From a virus (Duplodnaviria; Caudoviricetes): 59,596 nucleotides of DNA. Both the position numbers and the translations under genes were made by a program. The number at the start of each line of letters is the position of its first letter. Position 1 is the stretch's first letter. Location: the IMG/VR virus record IMGVR_UViG_3300021962_000117, positions 1 through 59,596 of that record; one strand, written 5' to 3'. Below the pieces are notes generated by a model, which ran no database searches, was not told where the DNA came from, and worked only from the letters and a program-made list of their open reading frames with translations. Shown in pieces: positions 15,200 through 24,293 of this stretch.

Positions 15200-16135
15200 A
15201 TGTCTTTCGCAAATCTGAAAAAGCAATCTTCTCTTGGTTCTTTGACTGCCAAGTTGGTTAAAGAAGTTGAGAAGATGAATACTACTTCTGGCGGTGCAGA
15301 TGAACGTCTCTGGAAACCAGAGATGGACAAAGCTGGTAACGGTTATGCTGTTATCCGTTTCCTGCCTGCTCCTGAAGGCGAAGACCTCCCCTGGGCAAAA
15401 ATGTATTCTCATGCATTTCAAGGTCCTGGAGGTTGGTATATTGAAAACTCTCTGACTACTGTTGGTCAGAAAGATCCTGTTTCTGAGCACAACCGTGAAC
15501 TCTGGAACAGTGGAAGCGATGCTGATAAAGACACTGTTCGTAAACAGAAGCGCAAGCTTTCTTACTATGCAAACATTTATGTTGTTCAGGACAAAGCAAA
15601 TCCCGATAATGAGGGTAAAGTTTTCCTGTATAAGTTCGGCAAGAAGATCTTTGATAAGATCATGGAAGCAATGCAACCTGAGTTTGAAGATGAAACTCCA
15701 ATCAATCCTTTTGACTTTTGGCAAGGTGCTAACTTCAAACTGAAGTTGAAGAAAGTTCAAGGTTATTGGAATTATGATAACTCTGAATTTGATGCAGTAT
15801 CTCCACTCCTGGACGATGATGATGCACTGGAAGCATTGTGGAAGAAGCAGTATTCTCTGACTGCTCTGACTGCTCCTGATCAGTTCAAATCATATGAGCA
15901 ACTTGAGAATCGTCTTCAGATGGTTCTTGGACAGAAGAGTTCTTCTGTTTCTCGTTACGACGAAGAGACTGATGATGAGGACAATGATCGTGGGTCCTAC
16001 GCTCCCGATTTCTCTTCACGTTCTCAGAAGTCTGAACTGCCAGATGATCTGAGCGAACAACTCAACAACCTTTCATCTTCTAGTGAAGATGAAGATGATG
16101 CTCTGAGTTACTTCCAAAAACTTGCTGATGCTTGA
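15200..16135 (+). CDS. gp32: ssDNA-binding protein gp32
   Basis: GNGYAVIRFLP, WYIENSLTT, YKFGKKIFDKI, acidic C-terminal tail. Confidence 0.96.
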   Translation: MSFANLKKQSSLGSLTAKLVKEVEKMNTTSGGADERLWKPEMDKAGNGYAVIRFLPAPEGEDLPWAKMYSHAFQGPGGWYIENSLTTVGQKDPVSEHNRELWNSGSDADKDTVRKQKRKLSYYANIYVVQDKANPDNEGKVFLYKFGKKIFDKIMEAMQPEFEDETPINPFDFWQGANFKLKLKKVQGYWNYDNSEFDAVSPLLDDDDALEALWKKQYSLTALTAPDQFKSYEQLENRLQMVLGQKSSSVSRYDEETDDEDNDRGSYAPDFSSRSQKSELPDDLSEQLNNLSSSSEDEDDALSYFQKLADA

Positions 16136-16807
16136 TTATTGATATAATCTAATATTATCTGCTGATTTTAAGGTACTGCTCTGATATTGAGTAGTACCTT
16201 TTTTATATGGTAAAATAGATTCTATATCATCAAGAGCTACCCTGAGATATTCTGGTTTTAGAATGTATATCTCTCTTTTTTTATTGTTGATATTATCTTC
16301 ATATTCGTAATTTGTAACTTCTTTTGCACAATCAGTTACAGTAACGTAACTTTGAAGGCGAATGTCCCAGAAAGAAATGCTATGATTGCTTTCTACCCTT
16401 AACCCAGATCTAAGAACTATTCCACCAATACTATTTTTAACTTCTTTTGATTCGTAATGGTGAGCCGAACCTATATTTTCATATGATCCATATTTTTCTA
16501 ATAAATAACGATCAAATTCATTTTGGGATAATGGCCATTCTGATTGAATGTTTAAAATATTATTAGATAGAAGAACAATCCAATCTAAATTAGAATCGTC
16601 GTAAAACTTATATGCTACATTATCAGGTCTTTCGTTTCCAAGAATAATATAAGTTTCAAAGAAAGCCGAGTTTCCTATAATATCTGGTCTCAATTTTGCT
16701 CTTCTAAAGAAGTTTTTTACGTTAATATATTCTGATACGTTTTTGGTATCAGAAAGTCTATTGACATAAGAAAAATCGGGAAGATTTCTAAAATAGGTCT
16801 TTGGCAT
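16136..16807 (-). CDS. gp53: Baseplate wedge subunit gp53
   Basis: YF..LP, ERPDNVAYKFY, DWIVLLSNNI...EWPL, HHYE. Confidence 0.88.
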   Translation of the reverse strand: MPKTYFRNLPDFSYVNRLSDTKNVSEYINVKNFFRRAKLRPDIIGNSAFFETYIILGNERPDNVAYKFYDDSNLDWIVLLSNNILNIQSEWPLSQNEFDRYLLEKYGSYENIGSAHHYESKEVKNSIGGIVLRSGLRVESNHSISFWDIRLQSYVTVTDCAKEVTNYEYEDNINNKKREIYILKPEYLRVALDDIESILPYKKGTTQYQSSTLKSADNIRLYQ

Positions 16808-16809
16808 TT

Positions 16810-18186
16810 TTAATATCCGATTGGATGTGCGTTCTTTTCATCATAATCATCAAAGTATATAGGTTCTAACTCACTGAAGTCTAATTTCATTTCATATGCG
16901 GTTAAATTTCCATCTGAGTGTGATGAGTATGTTCCATCAGGTATATAATTAATTGAACATTGGACCAAAGCACATTCTTTAATTCTGTTCATTCCAGGGT
17001 GCAATTCATTTTTGCTCACATATCTAACAGTAAAAGTATTTGGCGATTGTAAGAACAATCCTGTTTTTGTTCTTTTTGCTGCCATTCCTTTTTTGAAAAA
17101 GAAAATAATTTTTTTGATGGTTTCGGCTTCTGTTTTATTTCTAGCAGACATTCTAAATGTAAAAGTGAACGTTCTTAAAGATGGTCCATTGAACAAAAGT
17201 TCTAAGTTTGGATTTATAATAGATCCTGTCGTTCTTGATAAGATTGCATTTTTATCTGTTTTGGTCGCCGCTGATGAAAAGATCGATGCAATTGCTTTTT
17301 GAACATCTGATCTTCCTTCTGCACTCCCTAAAGCTTCCTCTGCTTTTTTTCCTATGTCTCCAATTGCTTCTCCAGGATTTCTTAAACCTTTTAAAAATAT
17401 ATCCGCTTGTGCTGCTTTTATTGGGTCCATTTCATTTTCCTGCCAATTGACTCGGTTCAAATCTGCAGCCGCACTTTGAATTGGCAGAATTACTGTTCCT
17501 TTGCTTTCGGCGGTATATGGGTCTCTTCTATCATCAAATCCGCTGAGACCACCGATACCTGAAACTTTATCTTTTAATTTTCTTGGAGAATATTCGATCA
17601 TTCTAAATTCCAAATGATCTTGCTTATCACTTATGTTTAGTGGATATTTTAAAGGTACTGCTCCAGCACCAGGCAATCCATAATTATCTCCTACACTTGC
17701 GGATGGAGCAAAAAAATCATTATTCTCTATATCAATAGATCCGCCATTTTGGTTTTCTGAATATTCTCCTTCTCCTGTCAATTCTTTTTGCAATTCTGGA
17801 TTTGCAAATTCTCCCCCAGCTTTATCTGCTGTTTGTTTTATAGCACTCTTTACTGATTGCTTAAACGCTTGATTATTTTTGTCATTTCCGTTTAATGATA
17901 ATTGAAATTTTTCCGACAATACTGCATTAGTATCTCCAGCTTTAACAGCCTTGCCATCCTTATCATAAAATTGCCATTTATTACCACCGTCTATACTTGT
18001 AGCAAGAACTTCATCTCCAAATAGTCCAGTAAAAAGACCACCACGTTTGACTAGGGTGTGTTTCAATGATCCTGGTACTATTACTCCACTATCATCAACA
18101 TCATACTGTACTTTAGCAGCATACTCTATAACATCACTACCAACTTTTGCTTTTGCAGGATCGCTTGTTAATTCTTTCTTCGCCAC
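16810..18186 (-). CDS. gp48: Baseplate tail-tube cap gp48
   Basis: LKYP, INPNLELLFNGPSLRTFTFTF, FSELEPI. Confidence 0.85.
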   Translation of the reverse strand: MAKKELTSDPAKAKVGSDVIEYAAKVQYDVDDSGVIVPGSLKHTLVKRGGLFTGLFGDEVLATSIDGGNKWQFYDKDGKAVKAGDTNAVLSEKFQLSLNGNDKNNQAFKQSVKSAIKQTADKAGGEFANPELQKELTGEGEYSENQNGGSIDIENNDFFAPSASVGDNYGLPGAGAVPLKYPLNISDKQDHLEFRMIEYSPRKLKDKVSGIGGLSGFDDRRDPYTAESKGTVILPIQSAAADLNRVNWQENEMDPIKAAQADIFLKGLRNPGEAIGDIGKKAEEALGSAEGRSDVQKAIASIFSSAATKTDKNAILSRTTGSIINPNLELLFNGPSLRTFTFTFRMSARNKTEAETIKKIIFFFKKGMAAKRTKTGLFLQSPNTFTVRYVSKNELHPGMNRIKECALVQCSINYIPDGTYSSHSDGNLTAYEMKLDFSELEPIYFDDYDEKNAHPIGY

Positions 18187-18205
18187 TTTTTAGAAATTAA
18201 CTTGT

Positions 18206-18553
18206 TTACTTATTTAGACGGAACTTGCCATACTGAACTGAGACCAAATCATCTAGTTCATCGTAATTTACAACATGCAGTTTTCCAATCACTTCTTCCC
18301 ATGTATATTGTCTCATTTGTCTCCAATGATAATTCAAACCTCTGAATCCCCAATTAAATAATTCCGTACATGCAATCAACGGAAATTCGTCATATTCAAT
18401 ATTAGGGGTTTTTGGTTGATATACGAATGTATAATAATTTCCTGGCTCTGGATATAAAACTTCTATATTTAAAGTTGCGATGATCATTTCCATCTGATCA
18501 TCTTGATTTTGTGATGCGTTTAACTCTTGTATTATGGGTTCGATGCGATTCAT
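18206..18553 (-). CDS. gp2: gp2-like DNA end protector (short form)
   Basis: YTFVYQPKT...YDEFPLI...GFRGLNYHW; adjacent to gp4. Confidence 0.7.
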   Translation of the reverse strand: MNRIEPIIQELNASQNQDDQMEMIIATLNIEVLYPEPGNYYTFVYQPKTPNIEYDEFPLIACTELFNWGFRGLNYHWRQMRQYTWEEVIGKLHVVNYDELDDLVSVQYGKFRLNK

Positions 18554-18993
18554 TAGACACCTAGATCGTCTTCTGTTACTATTTTAAATTCTATTCGTCT
18601 ATCAGCACAAAACTCTTTAGCAGCTTTCCATTTTGCCTGATTCACCGCATAAGTTTTTGCTTCAAAAATATAAGACTCAGTAATTCTTGACCTTTGTTTT
18701 GGGGGGATTGTTTGTTTCTTTGGTTTTACTTCAATCACGTATGTTCTTGTTTTTCCACTAGATTCTTTTACCTTGATCAAAAAATCTGGATAGTATCTAT
18801 GGATTTTATTGTCAATCGGAGACCTATATGGAATCCAAAACTCTTCACTCCCCCATTCTAAAATATTTTCATTTAGATCGCACCAAGAACAAAATTTTCT
18901 TTCCCAATTACTTCTGCATATTATATTATTTGGGTTGCCCTTGTATTTTTTGGGATAGGATGGAACGTATATGCTTTTCTTGCTATTCCCCAT
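18553..18993 (-). CDS. gp4: Head completion nuclease gp4 (TnsA-like)
   Basis: KYKGNP..I.CRS.WE, WGSEE, RYYPDF, EVKP, NQAKWKAA. Confidence 0.92.
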   Translation of the reverse strand: MGNSKKSIYVPSYPKKYKGNPNNIICRSNWERKFCSWCDLNENILEWGSEEFWIPYRSPIDNKIHRYYPDFLIKVKESSGKTRTYVIEVKPKKQTIPPKQRSRITESYIFEAKTYAVNQAKWKAAKEFCADRRIEFKIVTEDDLGV

Positions 18994-19024
18994 AGGTCTT
19001 ATACATAATATATACGTAAAAATC

Positions 19025-19032
19025 TATTTATA
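19025..19032 (-). promoter_or_regulatory. T4 late promoter TATAAATA for the gp4-gp2-gp48-gp53 operon
   Basis: TATTTATA on + reads TATAAATA on -, 32 bp upstream of gp4. Confidence 0.75.
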
Positions 19033-19033
19033 A

Positions 19034-19972
19034 ATGCCCGCTAAATCGGTAGAACAAATTACTAAAGCTATCTTAAACACCGCACAGACATCTCATTATA
19101 ATGTTTATATTGGGTTGCCTGCAAAAACTGAAGGTAGCGAAGAAATTACGTTGAATGAATATTTGAAAAATAATGGAATAATATGGGGTTCAGTGCAAGA
19201 AAATATTCAATTAGCTTGCAATGAAGCATCTCTTCCTGGTTCATCATTCGCCACTCATGAACTTAATAGTGATTATACTGGCGTGACTGAAAGACATGTT
19301 TATCGAAGAAATTATGATGGAAATATTGATCTAACTTTTTATGTCGTCGCTGATATTCAATCTCCATATTCGGTGATTAGATTATTTGAATCTTGGATGA
19401 GATATATTGGAAATGAAAGCACGGAAGGAGATAACAGCACTAGAAATAGAAATCATTTCTATGCAGCAAAGTACCCAGATGATTACTATGGCACTTTAAG
19501 AGTCAATAAGTTTGAAAGAAATTATAAGACCAACTTGACTTACGAATTTATAGGCGCATATCCTACCAGCATAGCATCTATGCCATTATCTTATGAATCT
19601 CCAAATGTATTAAAATGCTCGGTAACCTTTAGCTATATCCGCTATAACATCAATCAAGTTCCTGGAGAAAAAACTGCAAAATCAGCTCCAGAAAAACCAA
19701 ATCTTACAGCAGGAATTCAAGATTTATCATACAGTAATGGTGCTGCTCTGGATCTTTGGACCGCTGAAAATGGAAAACTTGTTTCTGAATGGGGACAACC
19801 ATATCAAAAAGAAATAGTAGATCTTTTCCAAAATCCTCAATATAATACAAATGGGTTATCTGGACTGAGTGCAAGTGGATTGAATTCTCAACAGACTCTA
19901 GATGAATTGTATGAAGCAGGACGTTCTGGTAGAATAAAGAGTGCTTCTGAGTTTATAGGACCTCTTCAATAG
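19034..19972 (+). CDS. gp54/gp19-like tail-tube initiator
   Basis: CNEASLPG, LTFYV, FESW, Y.FIGAYP.SI....LSY, TFSYIRY; divergent from gp4. Confidence 0.75.
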   Translation: MPAKSVEQITKAILNTAQTSHYNVYIGLPAKTEGSEEITLNEYLKNNGIIWGSVQENIQLACNEASLPGSSFATHELNSDYTGVTERHVYRRNYDGNIDLTFYVVADIQSPYSVIRLFESWMRYIGNESTEGDNSTRNRNHFYAAKYPDDYYGTLRVNKFERNYKTNLTYEFIGAYPTSIASMPLSYESPNVLKCSVTFSYIRYNINQVPGEKTAKSAPEKPNLTAGIQDLSYSNGAALDLWTAENGKLVSEWGQPYQKEIVDLFQNPQYNTNGLSGLSASGLNSQQTLDELYEAGRSGRIKSASEFIGPLQ

Positions 19973-19980
19973 CAACCATT

Positions 19981-20009
19981 AAAAAAGAGGGTCTTAATGA
20001 CCCTCTTTT
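19981..20009. terminator. Bidirectional terminator
   Basis: aaaaaagagggtc-ttaat-gaccctctttt between convergent genes. Confidence 0.88.
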
Positions 20010-20012
20010 AGT

Positions 20013-20258
20013 TTATGCTTTTTCTTTTTTAGAAGACTTAGAAGAAAGACCGTTAACTGCTGAAATCACAAGCATGTTTGAAAGGAGATACCACACTCCT
20101 TCAAATCCAACATTAATTCGATGCCTCATCTCTGCATGTTCGCTTTTAGCGGCAACCGCTTGCTCCAAAGCAAGATTATCATAGATAGCCCATGCTCCAA
20201 AATAAGCAGAGAAAGTAAGACCTTGGAGAAGAACGAGAAAGAAGAAAAGTTTTTTCAT
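20013..20258 (-). CDS. Hypothetical two-TM membrane protein
   Basis: 81 aa with two hydrophobic segments; own promoter and terminator. Confidence 0.75.
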   Translation of the reverse strand: MKKLFFFLVLLQGLTFSAYFGAWAIYDNLALEQAVAAKSEHAEMRHRINVGFEGVWYLLSNMLVISAVNGLSSKSSKKEKA

Positions 20259-20280
20259 TGCGGATTTGCTTTACTCCATA

Positions 20281-20339
20281 ATTATAGTCGGTAATCTCCC
20301 GATGCGCCAGGTCAGTGGACACTTTCCTCTTCTGGCACT
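20281..20339 (-). promoter_or_regulatory. Early-type promoter with GTGCCAG...AAAGTGTCCAC upstream element
   Basis: Minus strand: gtgccagaagaggaaagtgtccactgacc...cgactataat. Confidence 0.55.
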
Positions 20340-20377
20340 AGCATAAATAACTTCACTGAGACATGTTATTGGACATT

Positions 20378-21097
20378 ATGCCTTTACCAAAAATTGCAAC
20401 TCCGACATATGAACTTGAATTGCCTTCCACTGGAGAAACTATTCAGTTTAGACCTTTTCTAGTGAAAGAGGAAAAACTCCTTGTTATTGCTATGGAGAGT
20501 GAAGACAATAAACAAATTACAAATGCTCTTAAAAGCGTGATTAAAAATTGTATTCATACAAAAGGAATCAAAGTAGAAACTCTTCCAACATTTGATATAG
20601 AATATTTGTTCCTTAATATTCGTGGAAAGTCTGTTGGTGAAGAAGTTGAAGTAAACATTATCTGTCCTGATGATGGAGAAACTGAAGTTCTGACCAAAAT
20701 TAGTTTGGAAGATATTAAAGTCCAAAAATCAGATGATCATACAAATAAAATAAAGATTAGTGATGATCTGATGATGGAAATGAAATATCCTTCTTTGGAT
20801 CAATTCATTCAAAACAACTTTGATCCAGGCAATAAAAATGTTATGGAACAATCATTTGAAATGATTAGTTCATGTATAGATAAAATTTATTCTGAAGATG
20901 ATGTTTGGGCTGCAGGTGATTGCACAAAGAAAGAAATTTCAGATTTCCTTGACTCTATGAATTCATCACAATTCAAGAGTGTTGAAAGATTCTTTGAAAC
21001 CATGCCTAAACTTTCTCATACATTAAAGGTATTCAACCCTGTAACTAAAGTTGAAAGTGAAGTCACTCTTGAGGGATTAGCAAGTTTTTTCGGATAG
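20378..21097 (+). CDS. gp26: Baseplate hub subunit gp26
   Basis: MPLPKIATPTYELELPS, FRPFLVKEEK, LFLNIRGKSVGE, FFETMPKL; late promoter at 20343. Confidence 0.92.
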   Translation: MPLPKIATPTYELELPSTGETIQFRPFLVKEEKLLVIAMESEDNKQITNALKSVIKNCIHTKGIKVETLPTFDIEYLFLNIRGKSVGEEVEVNIICPDDGETEVLTKISLEDIKVQKSDDHTNKIKISDDLMMEMKYPSLDQFIQNNFDPGNKNVMEQSFEMISSCIDKIYSEDDVWAAGDCTKKEISDFLDSMNSSQFKSVERFFETMPKLSHTLKVFNPVTKVESEVTLEGLASFFG

Positions 21098-21099
21098 GT

Positions 21100-21288
21100 A
21101 TGGTTCATATGAACCTAACTGCATACTTTAAACTTAACTTTTCTCTCATGCAGTATCATAAATATTCACTAACGGAAATTGAAAATATGATTCCGTGGGA
21201 AAGAGATGTTTATGTCGCTCTCCTCCAACAGCATGTAGAAGAAGAAAATCTTAAAGCAGAGCAGCAGCAAACAAATGCCCGTTTCTAG
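21100..21288 (+). CDS. gp51: Baseplate hub assembly catalyst gp51
   Basis: NFSLMQYHKYSLTEIENMIPWERDVY. Confidence 0.88.
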   Translation: MVHMNLTAYFKLNFSLMQYHKYSLTEIENMIPWERDVYVALLQQHVEEENLKAEQQQTNARF

Positions 21289-24200
21289 GTCGAAGCAAAA
21301 AGAAACTATTGATGAAAGAATCCTCAGGATAATTGGTCTTGAGGATATTTTTGACATTGACTATGAAACTTATTTGACTTTATTGAAAGAAGCAATGGTA
21401 AAGGCAAGAATGCCTAGGACCAAACTTTCAACAGAGGAGTCAGATCTTTTGCTTGATGAATATCGAAGAGTAAGATCAAAAAAAGATAAAGGTAGATTTG
21501 AAGTTAAGAAGAAAAAAATAACAACATCTACATTAAGAGGAATACCTGCAACTAAACAAGCAGCAAAATCTAAACCAGTAAGAAAATTATCTCCGGCAAA
21601 AGAAAAAACTACTGCTATCACTATTGCTGGAGGTGGAGGTAAATATTCTCCACAATTAGAATCTGATGTTGCAAGTATCCTTGTATCAGTAACTTCTATT
21701 CTTGGCACATTAAAAGCACAACAAAGTTTTTTAAGAAATAGAACTTCTGGCGAGAATAGAAGATTAGAAAAAGAAAGAAGATCGAAGAGAGAAGGTAGTT
21801 TAGAATCAAAACAATTTAACCCATTAAAAAAAGTTGTAGATAGGATACTTAGTCCAGTAAAAAACATACTTGGCGGAATTCTTGATTTCTTCGTTAACAT
21901 GTTTTTGGGGAGAATATTTATTAAACTGATTGATTGGATGGCTGATCCAAACAATCGAAAAAAATTAACAAATACATTCCGTTTCTTAAGTAATTTTTGG
22001 CCTGTATTTGCAGCAGCCGCTTTAGGATTTGGAACAGGTTTAGTCGGATTTGCTGGAAAATTAATTTCAGTTTTGGGCGGATTTACAGTTAAATTATTAA
22101 GTCTTGCTCCTAGACTTGCTGCAGCTGCGCGGTTTGGTCGTTTTGGCGCGGCTGGAAAACTTGGAGCTGCTGCTGGGTTATTTACTTTTGGTGCTTGGGG
22201 TCCTGAAGTATTTCCAGGATTGACCGGCGATGATAAAGGTGGAGAGGGATTTGGACTTAGTGGTGGTGGTCTTGTTCCTGGTGTAGACTTTAGTAATATT
22301 GGTTATGGTTTTGGACCTGTAGGAACTGACACTGTTCCTGCAATGTTATCTCCTGGCGAATTCGTCATGAGTAAAGGTGCAGTTGATTTACTTGGATCAG
22401 ATGTTCTTGCACAACTTAATTCTCTTGGAGGAGGAACTAACAAACCAAGGCAACTAAGCGGATTAACATATGCCGCTGGTGGTGGATATATTAACAGAAG
22501 AAATAGAGGTTCCGGTTTTGGATCTCCCGCAGGTGGATATCCAGATCAAATTAATAGAGACAGTGATCTTGTTAAATTGGCTCACAGGTTCATTCCAGGT
22601 GCTAAACATATAGTTGGTCATGAATCCACATTAAATAAAACTTTTCTTGGCAAGAAAATAGATAGAAACACCGCTGCTTTACAGGAAAATACTAGAGTAA
22701 CGAGAGAAAATACTTCAGCAAGAAGAAGCGGAGGTGGCAGACCTGGCAGACCTGGATCAAATTTAGGTTCATTGGGTAGTGGTATTCTTGGATTAGCAGA
22801 GGGAATTAGAAATAATGCAGGTCCAGCATTTAGAGACACTGTAAAATGGTTAGCAACAAATAATCCACTCGCTCTTTATGGAGCAGGATTAGAAAAGAAA
22901 GCATCACAAGCAAGTGAAGCAGAGAAAGCGATTGCTAAACTGACAGAAGAAAGAATTAAACAGGGTTTAATTAATCCAGAAGGAAAAGGATTGACATATG
23001 AACTAGAAAAGAAATTTAGATCTGACAATGATCGAATTCAGGGAATGTTCGCACCTGGTCATGACTTATATAAAAATGTTGGAAAAAGAAATTTACTTCA
23101 AAGATTCTTAGATAGATCTAGAGGAGGAAGATTCCTTCAGAATACATATGCAGATATCCAAAATAAAGGTCTTGTTAGAAATCCTCTCCTTGAATTACTA
23201 AAGACTGAACAATCGGAAAAATTTGTCGAGAAAATTACTGCCGGAAGATTTAAAAATTTTGGAGCCACAATAACAGGTGGAGAAATGGCTTTGAAAGGAT
23301 TGGCAGGTCCCCTTGGAAGATTTTATAGAATTGAAGATCAAGGATCTATGGGAAGATACTTGAGACCTGCAATGATGGAAGCTCAAAGAAGAGGTCATAG
23401 TAGTGTTGGAAATACTCAATTAGGACAAGCGTTATATGATAAATTGCTCCCAAATAAAATGGCAAACCTCGCTTTTGGTAGATTCCATTTTAATGTCGAT
23501 TCCAAGGGAAGGGCAAGAGTTGATTCTGGAGAATCTTATGATGCTTCGGAATTAACGCCAGAAGGGTACCATAAGCAAGCACGTCAGCATATAGTTAATT
23601 TCGCTCAAATTCTTCAGGGCAAAAAGGAAGGAAATCCTATTGGAGAATTGTTTAATGCTTTTAGAATGAACAGATCTGCATACTTAGCAACTGGTCAAAA
23701 TAAAGGTTTAACTAATTTAAAACCGATAGGACTTGGACATGATCTTGGCAAAGGATTCTTGTCAACAACTTCAAAGGGAAAAGTTATTCCTAAAATGTCC
23801 ACAGAACAACTAGAACTCTTTAGAGCTGGTGGTGGAGGAGCTGCTCTCGATAAAGGAATGACCTTTGAAGCCATTTTGGAAAAAGGTAGAAAATTAAAAG
23901 GACGTGAAATAGAACACAGAAGACGTGTCGCTTTGGGTAGTGTTTTCAATCAACCTGGATCTAAAGGTTATTACTCATCTACTACTGGCCAATTCTATAG
24001 TAATTACAATCAAGCACTTCAAGACCCAAGAGTTAATGCTGGACATCAATTAGAACTTGCCAAACAGCAACTTAGCGGAAAAAGAACAGCTCCACCGCCA
24101 ATGTCTCCTATTTTTAATAGTAAAAATGTTACAGTGGTTAATGCTTCTGGCGCGGGAGCAGCAAAACCAGGAGATCCAAAATTCATTGGTCCTGTTCCTG

Positions 24201-24289
24201 GAAATGATAAACCTGCGGTCAAAGCAACTCCATCAGGATGGGATTGGGCGAGACAGCAGGTAATGAATGTTCTTGGAATGGGAGGTTAA
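21275..24289 (+). CDS. Large baseplate-hub/tape-measure-like protein
   Basis: 1004 aa after gp51; hydrophobic Gly/Ala helices; GTDTVPAMLSPGEFVM motif seen in tape-measure proteins. Confidence 0.7.
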   Translation: MPVSRSKQKETIDERILRIIGLEDIFDIDYETYLTLLKEAMVKARMPRTKLSTEESDLLLDEYRRVRSKKDKGRFEVKKKKITTSTLRGIPATKQAAKSKPVRKLSPAKEKTTAITIAGGGGKYSPQLESDVASILVSVTSILGTLKAQQSFLRNRTSGENRRLEKERRSKREGSLESKQFNPLKKVVDRILSPVKNILGGILDFFVNMFLGRIFIKLIDWMADPNNRKKLTNTFRFLSNFWPVFAAAALGFGTGLVGFAGKLISVLGGFTVKLLSLAPRLAAAARFGRFGAAGKLGAAAGLFTFGAWGPEVFPGLTGDDKGGEGFGLSGGGLVPGVDFSNIGYGFGPVGTDTVPAMLSPGEFVMSKGAVDLLGSDVLAQLNSLGGGTNKPRQLSGLTYAAGGGYINRRNRGSGFGSPAGGYPDQINRDSDLVKLAHRFIPGAKHIVGHESTLNKTFLGKKIDRNTAALQENTRVTRENTSARRSGGGRPGRPGSNLGSLGSGILGLAEGIRNNAGPAFRDTVKWLATNNPLALYGAGLEKKASQASEAEKAIAKLTEERIKQGLINPEGKGLTYELEKKFRSDNDRIQGMFAPGHDLYKNVGKRNLLQRFLDRSRGGRFLQNTYADIQNKGLVRNPLLELLKTEQSEKFVEKITAGRFKNFGATITGGEMALKGLAGPLGRFYRIEDQGSMGRYLRPAMMEAQRRGHSSVGNTQLGQALYDKLLPNKMANLAFGRFHFNVDSKGRARVDSGESYDASELTPEGYHKQARQHIVNFAQILQGKKEGNPIGELFNAFRMNRSAYLATGQNKGLTNLKPIGLGHDLGKGFLSTTSKGKVIPKMSTEQLELFRAGGGGAALDKGMTFEAILEKGRKLKGREIEHRRRVALGSVFNQPGSKGYYSSTTGQFYSNYNQALQDPRVNAGHQLELAKQQLSGKRTAPPPMSPIFNSKNVTVVNASGAGAAKPGDPKFIGPVPGNDKPAVKATPSGWDWARQQVMNVLGMGG

Positions 24290-24293
24290 TTAA

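Noticed and set aside
15020-15760. 246-aa minus-strand ORF
   Set aside because: Antisense shadow of gp32 with no recognisable motifs.
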